From positions 3,906,001-3,970,000 of the forward strand of contig CP158636.1 of assembly GCA_050273025.1 (NCBI GenBank): a stretch of 64,000 nt of DNA, given 5' to 3'. The DNA comes from Cenococcum geophilum. Lineage: Eukaryota. Both the position numbers and the translations under genes were made by a program. Positions 1-11,286 of the stretch are shown here, one piece after another (the stretch's first letter is position 1; each line of letters opens with the position of its first letter). The notes under the pieces were generated by a model. The model made no database searches. It had not been told where the DNA came from and worked only from the letters and a program-made list of their open reading frames with translations.

Positions 1-177
1 GTCTTCTACAGGGCACGTAGCACTATAGACGTATAGTACTAGTATGCTCTATATAGATGTAACTGACTTATATTAAGTAGGCCACGTAGGCCTCTATATA
101 CTCTATGGAAAGGTCTAAGCGTCGGAAGCGAAACAGGTTATATAACCAGGTTATATAACCTATTTACATTTAAACAA

Positions 178-303
178 TAGCATTTCGCAGTATTTAAAAT
201 AGACTATACGTATTAAGCAGCTATATATATATATATATATATTATATAGCTGCCTAGATACTGCTTAATGCGTATAGTCTGTTTTAAATGCTACGAAATG
301 CTA
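178..303. repeat. Small foldback/MITE-like hairpin with a central (TA)n tract
   Basis: 43-bp arms 178-220 (tagcatttcgcagtatttaaaatagactatacgtattaagcag) and 261-303 are reverse complements apart from transitions; a (TA)n run lies between them. Confidence 0.7.
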
Positions 304-309
304 TAAAAA

Positions 310-870
310 AATTTCCTAATATATAACCTCTAAAAGGAAGAAAAGGAAGCTAAGGATTATAAATAAGCTCTTAAAGTTAATAAAAGGCTTTAACGTTAAC
401 TATAAAAGGAAGAGAAGAGGCGTTTAATTAATTAATAAAAGGTATAATAAGTACAGGATAAAACAACCCAAGAGAGAGAAGTTAAGGCTAAGAAGCTTAT
501 TATATAGAAAGCTAAAGAAGCTAAATAAGCTAAGAGGCAATTGTAATGTGATATAATCCTTACTTAGAGGTTAAAGAAGGCTTAAACGAATACTATATTG
601 GCTTTAAAAAGGGTAGATCTAACGGCTATAGATAGTAGAGAAGTTTAGGTAGTCAATTTAGCTAGTAAACGCCCTTAGCGGTAGAAGAAGCTTCTACTTA
701 GATTTTAAGATCACAATATATAGCTAGCTATATTCGCCGACTCTTAAAGGCTATTACACTAAGAATTTAGTAGATTTAATTAAATGTTAGGTCCTCTGCA
801 GCCTCATTTAAACAATTGATTTTAGTAGTGAAGACTATACGCGAGGTGGCACCGTACGCAAGATAGCATA
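310..870 (+). pseudogene. Probable 3' fragment of a RIP-decayed pogo/Fot1-like transposase
   Basis: K/E/R-rich reading ending in an SKRP*R*KKLLLRF-like tail near 664-710, typical of fungal pogo-like transposase C-termini. Boundaries are approximate. Confidence 0.35.
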
Positions 871-937
871 GACCCCTAAAGAAGCATAAAATTAGAGTCT
901 TTACTAACTCAATCTAACTTAATTCCTTAACTTAATT

Positions 938-2079
938 ATGGATTCTAAGGTTCCTAAATCCTCGCATACCTTACAATTAGATCCTCTCTCTACTTCAATC
1001 TTATTTAAGGCCCTTCTTAGTAAATCTATCCTTGTTAATAAGGATTTTTTATTATCCTAGGATTTAACCTTATTAACTAAAAGCTTAGACCTATTAAAAG
1101 ATAACCAAATTTAGGTTTAAACGCTACTAGACTAAGGTCTTACCTAGACTAAGGTCGCGACTTAACTTAGTATTACTCAAAACTAGGTTTACTACGTCGC
1201 TACTTATCCTAAACTAGTAGTCCGTTTAGGTCGACTACAAATCCTTATACCTAAATAGATAATTGCCTTCCTCTCCTAATTACGTTAGAATTGTTAAATG
1301 TCCTTTAAATAGCTAGCGGCTTAATTTCCTAAATTTAACGGTAGGAAATAAGCTATTAAGACCGCTTTAAAAGCCTGTGGTTATAAGCGACAAATTGCCT
1401 ATAAGAAGCCTTCTCTCTTATCTAAGAATAAAGCCTTACAATTAGCCTAGGCTAATAAGTATCTTTATTAGACTCCTGCTTAATAAGCTTTAATAATTTA
1501 GTCTAACAAGATATAGGTAACTAGAAAATCCTTCTATTGTCGCTAATTTATATAAAGGGTTAATAAAGTCCTAGATCTAACGTATACTATTAATAGGATA
1601 ACCTATAAGAAAGAATAGATATTCTAAAGATACTTTAATAGTAATTAAAAGGACCTAGATTTATTCTAGGATAAGACCTAAAAGGGGATAATTACTTAAT
1701 TATATATTAAACGGGTCCTTCCTCTTATAAAAGCGTCGATTTAAGAAAATGTCGGAGCCTTTTTTATATAAGATAATACTCCTTATTATACCGCGAAGGC
1801 AATAAAAGAGGCCTTTAAAGCTAAAGGGATCTATCCAATTAATTAGCTACCTTACTCTCTAGATTTAAACCCAATTAAGAACATATAGTAGAAGATAAAG
1901 CAGTAAATTAAGCGAACGTATAAATTAGAGGCAAGATTTATAAAAAAAACTCACTTTAGGTAGTAATCCTTACGTCTTAGAAGGCAATTAAAGAGTCCTT
2001 CTTATAAGGATTAGTGGATTTAATACCTTAGAGATATCAGGCCGTGATTGAGGCTGCTAGAGGACATACAAAGTGGTGA
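938..2079 (+). pseudogene. RIP-inactivated Tc1/mariner (DD34E-type) transposase
   Basis: Degenerate motifs in order: HTH region, 'II*SNK' (WSDE) about 1495, 'FI*DNTPYYTAK' (FMQDNAPxH) about 1762, '*LPYSLDLNPIKNI*' (WPPYSPDLNPIENIW) about 1843, terminal QAVIEAARGHTKW* ending 2079. TIRs not resolved. Confidence 0.85.
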
Positions 2080-2363
2080 TTTTTATGGTTTTTTTTTGTA
2101 TGGATTCTATAGATTTATAGTTTTTTAATCTTTGTCTAAAAAGGGGTTAAAGGGTGCCCTAGTTAATTAAAATGTATATTTTTTTATTTCGCCTTCTAAA
2201 CCGTGCTGTTGACTACTATAAGGGTAGACTTTATATGCGAAGTAGGCAATACAATAAGTCTAACTTGTTCCATTCCAGTACACTTCCCTAGTGTTAGTAT
2301 CCGTCGCGGGGGAGGTACTTAGCTGCTGCGTAAGTCTTACGCCAATACTACGCTCTGTCTAAC

Positions 2364-5300
2364 CAGCGTGGCTAATAAACCGTCAATTGGATTAATAAGG
2401 CTTCAATTAATTAATTGGATTGTTAATTAAAGCCGTTAGATTAGACGGATTATTAAGATCGGATTATAAATGATCGCAATCCGATAGTTAGATTAAACTC
2501 GCGATTCTTGGCATAGTATTGAGGCTTAAGTTAAGGCTCGGCGCCAGATTGTTAATCGCTCACCCAAATCCAGAGCCTAGATCTCAACTCACGATCCTTA
2601 GCATAGTGTCGCAATTAATATTTATTATAAAATCAGTCATAATAGAAAATAAGAAGCTAAATATTACCGTACTACCTAGTAGAATAAGCAATAAAATATA
2701 GCGAATCTAACACCCAATTAAGCCCTAGAAACTCCTATTCTTAACTACTTCCTTAAGTACTCTTCTTTCTTAATTAAAGCAGCTTAAAAGTGATTGCGAT
2801 TAGGTGTAACTATTCTACCTATATTGCTAAATATCCTTTCGCATTTAGTACTTATTCTAGGGTAACTATAAAGCTCTAAAGCCAATTTGTAAAGGTAGGG
2901 TACTGCTTATAATAATCTACCTACTACTTAATAGAATTTATAATCTTTTCCTTAGGAGGGAAGGCACAGTATCTATCAAATTCGTCCTTAACTGCTTACT
3001 TAGTGTTAGTAAGGCGTAGGAAACAACTGAAATCTAACACCTTTTCTTCCTTAGAGTCCTTATTAAGTTTAGGCAATTAGTATAGCGATTTAGATATAGC
3101 GGCGTGCTCCTCTATAACAACAGCAATTTAATACTACTGCATATATTCTACCTAGTAGCCCTTTACTTCCTTCTTACAGTTATCAATCTAGGCCTTATTA
3201 CTTACCTACTTCTCTTTAAAGTAGTCAAACTTAAGGCTAGGGTAAAGTATAACAGCAGCGTAATAAGCAGGTATAAGATCGGTGCGCTTATAGTAAGCTC
3301 TTATCTTAAAATAGCCGAAGTCAATAGCTATTTTATATTAAGGAGTTAGTGATTAAAGCTTTAATAAGTTAGTAGGCTTCCTACCTGTTTTAAAATAGCT
3401 ATCTGGCTTATTCTGCAGCTCCTATATAGTAGATTCTAGGTACTTTAGAATATAATCCATTATAGGAAGCACCTCCTATAAGGCGCCGTGCGTTCCGTCC
3501 TAGGCGTTACCTTTAATTCGCTTTATTATTTGCTATATAGGAAGCAGAAGCTTATAAAACTATTCTAGTTTAGCCTAGTCCTTATTTAAAAGGCGATCTC
3601 GCGATAGAGCTGCATGGCGTCCGTAGGTAAGGTCAATGGCGTTATAAAGTAGTAGTACTATAAGAAAATATTAGTTATTATTTTGTAAATGGTATCTAGT
3701 GTCTATATATATATGATTTTAGTATAAAATATACCAAAAGCGTATAAAATCCACACTTAGTAGCATTTTAACGATGACTATATATATTTAAGAGGGAAAA
3801 AAGAACAGATTTAAGAGAGAGTAGGGTAAGGAAATTCGCAAAATTATAAGCTAAATCGTCAGTCTTAATCTAAGTATTAACAACACCAAATATAAAAGTT
3901 CTAAATAGCGGAACTACGCGATATAAGGTTGCTTTAAATGCTCTAAAATAGGGGAATAAAAAAATAAAGTATGGGGGAGTTATATAAGTGATAGGGGAGG
4001 TGGTGTAATAGGAGCTCTTTTCTAAAGCTCCCTTAGTAAAAGTTTTACTTACTAATATCTACTTATAAGAACGTTGAGTTCCACTTTACTCTACCGTCGC
4101 TTAGTACTATATAAGCTGTAAATAGCTAATCTGGCTTTAATTTAGTAGATAGGCAGAATCTTTAAAGCTCCTTAAAGGCCTATATATGCTTAGGCAACCC
4201 TTATAGCCACCGAACGATATTATACACCTTACTAATTAAGCTCTTCTTCCTCTACTCCTTATACTAATCCTCCTCGCTTATACTCGCAAGGCTCCTCTAA
4301 AAGAGGCTCAGCCTATCGCCAAATATAATTGCTTTGGTAACGAGGTTAAGAATATAGCTAGAGCACCTAATACGGCGTTCCTTAGCGTCCTATCCGCATT
4401 AGATTGCAAGGAGGTTAATAGCTCTATTATTTAGGCTAGTATTATCGCCAATAAGGAAGCCAATCTTATAGGTAATATTATATTATTCCAATATACTAGA
4501 AAGCAGAGCTACGATATTCTCTCTAGTCTTAGAGCTATAGATCTTAGGCAAGCCAATTAGAAGAGTCTATGCACGGCCAATCTTATTAACAAAGTAGGCT
4601 ACTACAGAGAGGACGCCTACACTACTATAAGAACTCCAGCTGTTAAAGCTTATATAAATCCTGCCAATTACGTTCTATATAAGCTTAGTAACGGCTTTAC
4701 AGGCGCTAACGTAGCGGGCCTTAATCTAGGCGTAACTACTCTTATACGAGTTAGGGTAGATACCATCTGCGGTAGGATTTAAGAGCTTAATAAGGCGTTA
4801 TAGGTAAAAGCTAGTACTCTACCGCCTAGTAATTCCTTCTATAATAATAAACTTAGTAAATAGCCTTCGCGCCTTATTTAAATTAACCAGTATAACTAGA
4901 TTGTATAATATCGTAAGGAAGGAAGTAGAGGTAGGTAAGGTAGAGAATTCGCTAGGGGGAAGATTAGACCTATTTCGGCCAATTTGGTGTTACTTACGGA
5001 GGTATCCGATTATATAAGTCGTACTAGTGGCAGAGAATATAAAGTTATGGTAAGCTTTTTAGAAGAGGCCTGCTCCTTATAATAGAATTATTAGTATTAG
5101 GGTATCTATATTGGGAGCCTAACTTACAACGCTTATAGGCCTAGCAATTACGCCCATTTTAGTTTTTAATTAAATATCTATAAGCCCATATATATAACTT
5201 CCGGGCGCGCCTACGGCATAAAAAAAAAGGCTTATAACTAGGTGGAAGATCCTTCTAGCTAATTACTTAACGGCCGTCTTTTAAGAGCAGTCTCCCGCCT

Positions 5301-6462
5301 ATTACTTCGCTAATATTAAAGTCTTCTATATCGATATCTTTAGTAGGAGGGTCCATAATTATACAATTAGCGGTCTCCTTAATAGTAGAGACTATAGCGG
5401 GAATACTCTTAGGGGGAGTACTATAAAGGTAGCTCTGTACGCCGCTAGAGCTATAGAAGGAAGACGCGTGGCTATACTAGGTGCCCGTAGAGTAGTAGGA
5501 AGCAGCTAGAACTCGAGTAATAAAGCGGTCTATTATAATTAGTAAGAAAAGGAAATAAAGTAGGTAGTTTTATAAAGCAGAAATAATTTAGTAGAGAATT
5601 CTAGTAGGGACTTATTAACTTTTATGCTGAGATTCTAATTGCATCGCGGTTACGTTTCTGTTATAACGTGTATATAGCCGCACGCGGTCTAAACGTATAG
5701 TAAAATTTCTGGCGCTTATAATAATATTATTAAAGTAATTTCTAAGACTTAGAATAAGTAAAAATAATATAATAATAGTAAGGTATTAGTAAGAGAAAGG
5801 AGCTAATAATAGAGGGAGTTTAATATTATTTTCCATATACGGCCCTAACTCTAATCTAGCTAATTAGATCTATAGAATTAAGGTTATATATATAGGCCTC
5901 CCCCTTTAAAAAAAACTTCGAACTTTGTATAAGACTTTTAGCTACCCCCCCTTCTTACCTCCCTTACCCTTAATTACCACCTTATATAGCTATTTAGATC
6001 CTATTACGCTTAAAAATGTAGTAGCATATATAAAGCGCGTTTTAGAAAACTTTAGGCTAATTCTAACTATAAATTTACGCCCCCTAAACTTACTACTATA
6101 CTAACTTTATAATAGCTACTTGTATACCTACTATAATAGCCCTACTAAAAAGGCTTCTACTTATACCTCTCTTCCTATGGCTTCTAATAGTATATATTAC
6201 TATTAAAATAAGTTAATTTAGGCCTTATAGAACTACCTCTAGGTTTATCCTAAAGCTTATTTCTATATAAGACTATACCATTATTAGCTACTTCTAATAC
6301 CGCCACTAATATATACCTCTACCCCCCTTATCCAACCTTAATCTAATCTAATCTAGATTAAGACGGATAACCTCACGGACGGATTGGATTGATAGGTTAA
6401 TTTTTGGATTAGCAATCCGTCGACTAATTGATTACGGATTGGACGCTTAATTAGCCACGCTA
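2364..6462 (-). mobile_element. hAT-family DNA transposon, RIP-decayed (left hAT)
   Basis: TIRs cagcgtggctaat / attagccacgcta; 8-bp TSD tgtctaac (2356-2363) and tgcctaac (6463-6470); subterminal ggatt repeats; minus-strand motifs DGRVKWNSTF (about 4100) and a dimerisation-domain CERIFS (about 2840). Confidence 0.88.
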
Positions 6463-6885
6463 TGCCTAACGGTCTAGTAAACAAGCTTCTATACAGAAAA
6501 GAGGTTCAACAAACGTATACGTCTAACTACTATAATAAGATGGACACAGGTATCGGTTTAAGGAAGAAGAGTAATTTATTAATTGTAGCTAGATAGAAAC
6601 ATAAGATAACTATAAGGAGCCCGAACAAACCTCAAGACTCCTCTCCGTTATATAGACATAAAAGACCTCGTTATACTGAGGGTGATCGTAGTGATCGCAC
6701 CCTTCAGCCTTACCAAGCCAAGTGATTATACTGATCACTTACACTTTGTCAATTTGCCTGTCCCTTACCACGTGACCTTCTAACGCCCTAGACTGTGCCC
6801 ACGTCCCAGGCCCTTCTAAGCGTCCTTCTTGGCCAACCATTCTTGTGCAACCTCTTCGTCCTGCGTGGGATCGCAACACCTAGGT

Positions 6886-9389
6886 CTATATCTTCAACGT
6901 CTCTAAGAGTAGACGAAGTGGAAAGTTTACTTTTCCCAGATCCTTTTCCACGGATTCTATATTCTGCTCTATTGCCTTGTGAAGTATACTCAGCATCTCC
7001 GCCGTACGCTTAAGGCATTTCTTTCGGTTCATATCCTCTAGAACAGCTCGCTTCTGTTCGAAAGACAACTTTCCTGCAACGCGTCGTTGTGTCAGAATGT
7101 TGTTCAGCCACAGGTTGGGCTTTTCGGTCTGCAAAGCATATATAAGTGGAAGAGAATATTTTCCTTCATCGAGGTCCTCGCAAAATCCTTTCTGGTTCTC
7201 GTACTACATGAGTCCTACGAGTCAGTTTCCTGCTTCATATAACTGAGATGCGCCGATACACTTACATCAGCAGACACTAAATTCTGGTAGTCGTCACGTA
7301 TCTGGAAGTAACGGCCGAAGAGAGTTACTACGTTGCTTATAGCAGGATGTTCCGATATGGGCGAGCGAGCAGCCATTAGCCGGACTAACATGCGGAATAA
7401 TCCACCGGTTTCTGAATATATATCAGTATCTAAAAGCAGACGACGAGAATTGTGAGCCTTGCTTGCATCAATCATGTTCAGATATTCTGAAACAGTAGGG
7501 CATTCAATATTGCATGTCCAGAACAAATCGTAACTCTGTCCAAGATTGATCTTTTGCAGCTCCTCTATGTGAGAATTGTCAGACATGCAAGGCGACAGGA
7601 TCAAAGGCCGGCATACCAGTAAAGATGCGCAAGCATCGGACATCATTTAGAGTTTGGACCTCTTCTAATGCAGCAACTAGTTGGAAATTTGCAGCGTTAA
7701 CGGTTTGTGGGATCCCAAAGATCGTGTGAGTTGATGGGTGTCCTCGTCGTAGAGGTGAGGAATCTTCCAAGTCGTCAAGCCTAGCTGCCAGTAAGTAAAA
7801 GTTAACTCTCAGAAGAGAAGGGATGTTGATCTTACATTAATGACGTGGCATGTACCTTGTTGATGACGGATTTGATTATATCGAGGGAACTCGCAGGGAC
7901 CTCCAACCATATGTTCAAAGCGTCTACCGCTGTTGACCTAACGTTTTTGGATGGCAGTGAGCTAATGTAGAGAAAAGGAGCTTGAACAACCTTTGAATCG
8001 TCAGTAGTCTTCCCGGCTTGTAAGTTTTATTCAGCGCTGTTACTTACTTCATCATGCAGCGCAGGAAAGCCTTCTGTCAAAAAGATTTCTGCTCCATCCT
8101 CGATGGCGGCAGAACGATTCCGATTGATTCCATTCGCTGGCTTGTTATCAAGATTCCCGTTGCATTCAAGTTTTGGATGTTTGGAAGCTCTCTCATCCTG
8201 AATCACTTCATTTAGCGTCGATGAACTCTCCGGTTTATCCTCACTAGTGGAGGTTCGATCAGCATCTCCTTCCGCGGTGGGATTTCCCCCGGTAGCTGCA
8301 GTGTCATGCCTTTGTGGAGTTCCTCTCTCAAGGGGATTTGGCCGATAGCGTGGGCATTGGAGGCTCCAGTGAAAGTTTCCGCTGATACCGTACAGAGCGG
8401 ACTCTATGTACTTCCTGGTGTCAATCGAAAGCTCCAAGTTTCCCTCAACCTCTTTTGCAATGCGCACGAAATCAGAGACGCATTCCTTTATCTTCTCTCT
8501 GAGCAGAAGTGTTGCAGCCTCCACGGAGCACGAATGCTCCTGCATCAAAACCCAAATAGCATTTACAACATGTGACTCACCGTTTGCCTTCGATACAGCA
8601 AGTTCTTTCTCCCACGAGTATAAGTCGTTAGTTAAACCGCCAGCCTTGTAGGCAGACCGACCCATTCGGTTGGCCAATTCCATCTCCTTTGCCGGTATGG
8701 TAAGTCCCATCCCGAATGTGGCGATTCCAAACCAGAACCTGTTAGAGCCGTTAATGTTAAGTGGTCTACTAAATCTTCTGGTGACACCCTACCGTTCGCC
8801 AGAGTCGCCAAACCTAAATGCAAGATATTCATCAAATGATCCAAAGCTCTTCCGTTCTTGAGCTGTAACGTCACCGAACTCTTTCCATGCCTTTGCAGCC
8901 GTCAATGCTCGCTCTCGATCGATTTTTATCATTTCAAGTAGCATTTTCGCCTGGATCTGCTTTATGCCGTCTTCCTTCACATGCTTTACGCTCGTTTAGA
9001 AAGGACAACATCACCATCAGAAATTGATTGCGCGAACCTGGTCTGAGCCTTCGTCTATTATGTCTAGGTTACAGTGAGAACAGCATTTAATTTAATACGC
9101 AGATAACTTTACCATCGTGGAGAAACCCAAACTCATTGGCATAGGAGAGAATCTCGAGGCGTTCGGGAAGGCACTCGGGGAGGCAGACGGCCATAAAGTT
9201 GAATTGATCTCCTATCGCTCCATTAAAGGCTTCCAGCGGCCCGAAATATGTTCTCCAGTCGTCCTGAGCGCGTTGAATACCCCGCACTTCCAATTGGGGA
9301 TTGTTGCTGATTCTCAAAGGGATATCCGCACAGAGGTTTTCAACCTCAGCGACGACTATCTTCATAACAGATGAGTTTCTGTAATCCAT
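6886..9389 (-). CDS. Bifunctional chimeric terpene synthase (N-terminal class I cyclase + C-terminal GGPP/GFPP prenyltransferase), about 689 aa
   Basis: Exons 9389-9113, 9063-9038, 8983-8793, 8738-8048, 7990-7836, 7780-7617, 7564-7463, 7411-7266, 7203-6886 (2070 nt, phases consistent). Cyclase motifs: [49 protein letters not shown]. Prenyltransferase motifs: [49 protein letters not shown]. The intron 2 acceptor is the least certain junction. Confidence 0.95.
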
Positions 9390-9480
9390 TGATAATGATA
9401 AAAGACTGAATGACCTTTGCTGAACACATAGCGAAGTTTTGACTATATGAGGAGGATTAAATATGCATAAATTGGAGATG

Positions 9481-9839
9481 ACCTTGATATCTCGATAACG
9501 GCTTAATAATAAATTCCGAAATTTTATAATTAGCCTTTTATACCTATATTAAGACTCTTAATAAAATTCTAGCGTAATAAGCTTAGCTGTTATTAAAATA
9601 TTAGGTTTTAGCCCCCAATTTTAAGCTAAATTATAATATTTTATAATATCTTTAGAGCTATTTAATAGATTACTTTTTAAATCTAATAAGAGGTTTAAAA
9701 TAGGTATAAAAGGCTAATTATAAAATTTTAGAATTTATTATTAAGCTATTATTAAGATATCAAGGTGCAGTTTTTCCGATTTTTGGTAGTTTTTGGGGCT
9801 GCTAGCTTACTAGGGGTGCCAGCTCATAGTGGAGCACGT
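9481..9839. mobile_element. pogo/Fot1-type MITE copy A1, left end truncated
   Basis: Internal inverted arms (about 9481-9547 vs 9700-9766); ends gtggagcacgt followed by TA; colinear with copy A2 but lacks the left terminus. Confidence 0.8.
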
Positions 9840-9858
9840 TAACGTGTTCTACTACTTA

Positions 9859-10542
9859 GGCCATGTTCGCTAACTTTTTTTGACCAGGTCGACTCACCAG
9901 GTGGGCGCTCTAAAAAAGCCACCTGGGCCCACCTGGGTCTACCTGGTCGCGAACGGGCCACCGATATCGATATCCACCTGGTGGATACTGTCCGTTCGAC
10001 CGCCCAGGTGGAATTTAGGCAGATCGGTCGTCTTGGCAGCTGAAAAGGAGGTTTCACCTGGCCAGGTGGAGGCGTTCGCGCCAACCCCGATTGCGCTCCC
10101 AAATCTAGTATAGCAGCGAAGTTTGTCAGCAATTTAAGCACCTGGGCAGTCCACCTGGGCGAATTCCACCAGTACCTACCGTTTTGAAGGGGGGGTCCTG
10201 GTGGAACACCGTAGAACAACAACACGACCAGGTCGATCGATTCTGCCCATTTTTGACCCATTCTTACCATCACGTGATCCAATTCAACATAAAGCCTTAT
10301 ATATTATTAGCCATAGTATTAACAGGCCCTGGGCGGATTACATAACTATCTAGCGACGCTCCTTTCTAGCGAATCGCCTGTCGAACGAACGCCTTCCATC
10401 AGGTGGAAAGCACCCCTGCTTTGGCGTCTAGAAGAGGCGCTTACATCCTAAAGATTGCGCCCGGGTGGGCCTTAAAATCGTCGACCTGGCTGCGCCCGCC
10501 TGGTGGAGTCGACCTGGTCAAAAAAAGTTATCGAACATGGCC
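9859..10542. mobile_element. PIF/Harbinger (Tourist)-like MITE B, 684 bp
   Basis: About 40-bp TIRs ggccatgttcgNtaactttttttgaccaggtcgactc; TTA TSD at 9856-9858 and 10543-10545; many internal ccaggtg/cacctgg motifs. Confidence 0.85.
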
Positions 10543-10758
10543 TTACGTGGACACTAGTTAGTCAGATATCCCAAAAACCACTAAAAATTGGAAAAACTGC
10601 ACCTTAATATCTTAATAATGACCTAATAATAAATTCCAAAATTCCATAATTAGCCTTTTATACCTATATTAAGACCCTTAATAAAATTCTAGTATAATAA
10701 GCCTGGCCGTTATTAAGATATTGGGTTTTAGCCCCTAATCTTAAGCTAAATTATAATA

Positions 10759-10904
10759 CAAGGGGGTGACATGAGCGGGCTGCCCGCCCTCCCTGCAAGT
10801 TTTGGTGGCATTATAGTAGCGTCCCACTAAAATGCTGCTGATATAGTTATAATGCCACCAAAACTTGCAGGGAGGGCGGGCAGCCCGCTCATGTCACCCC
10901 CTTG
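10759..10904. mobile_element. Tc1/mariner-type MITE C, 146-bp perfect hairpin
   Basis: 57-bp perfect TIRs (caagggggtgacatgagcggg...ggtggcattata) with a 32-bp spacer; TA TSD; absent from the matching site of copy A1. Confidence 0.9.
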
Positions 10905-11286
10905 TATCTCTAGAGCTACTTAATAGATTACATAAAAGGCTAATTATAAAATTTCGGAATTTATTATTAGGCCGTTGTCGAGATATTAAGGTGCAGGTTT
11001 TCCGATTTTTAGTGGTGTCCGACTAACTGGTGTGTCCGGCTGAGTGGTGGAACACGTTACCCTGCCAGAAGCTCACAAAGATCTACCTAAGTAGGTGCCC
11101 TGTACACATTAATTGTGTGAAATGACGATCAATTTAGGAAGATGATAAACCTGACTAAGTTATAAATCTCGGGACAACTGATGATAAAGCTACGCATATA
11201 GCTTGATGGGCCCACTTCGAGGTTTTAATGCTATCGCGCCACTTGCTTCCATTGCATCCTTTGCTTGTCAAGAAATCGATTCCACT

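Larger units (their letters stand above)
9842..11057. mobile_element. pogo/Fot1-type MITE copy A2, carrying two nested MITEs
   Basis: Termini acgtgttctactac / gtggtggaacacgt flanked by TA (9840-9841, 11058-11059); long inverted arms; 10600-10760 matches 9481-9640. Confidence 0.85.

Noticed and set aside
9839..10282. 147-aa and 77-aa ORFs in the intergenic region
   Set aside because: They lie within GC-rich MITE B and show no protein motifs.
11203..11286. Longer P450 N-terminus from the ORF track
   Set aside because: ATG 11287 directly precedes the TM anchor and gives a typical 507-aa P450; the upstream in-frame ATG at 11206 is not excluded but is less likely.
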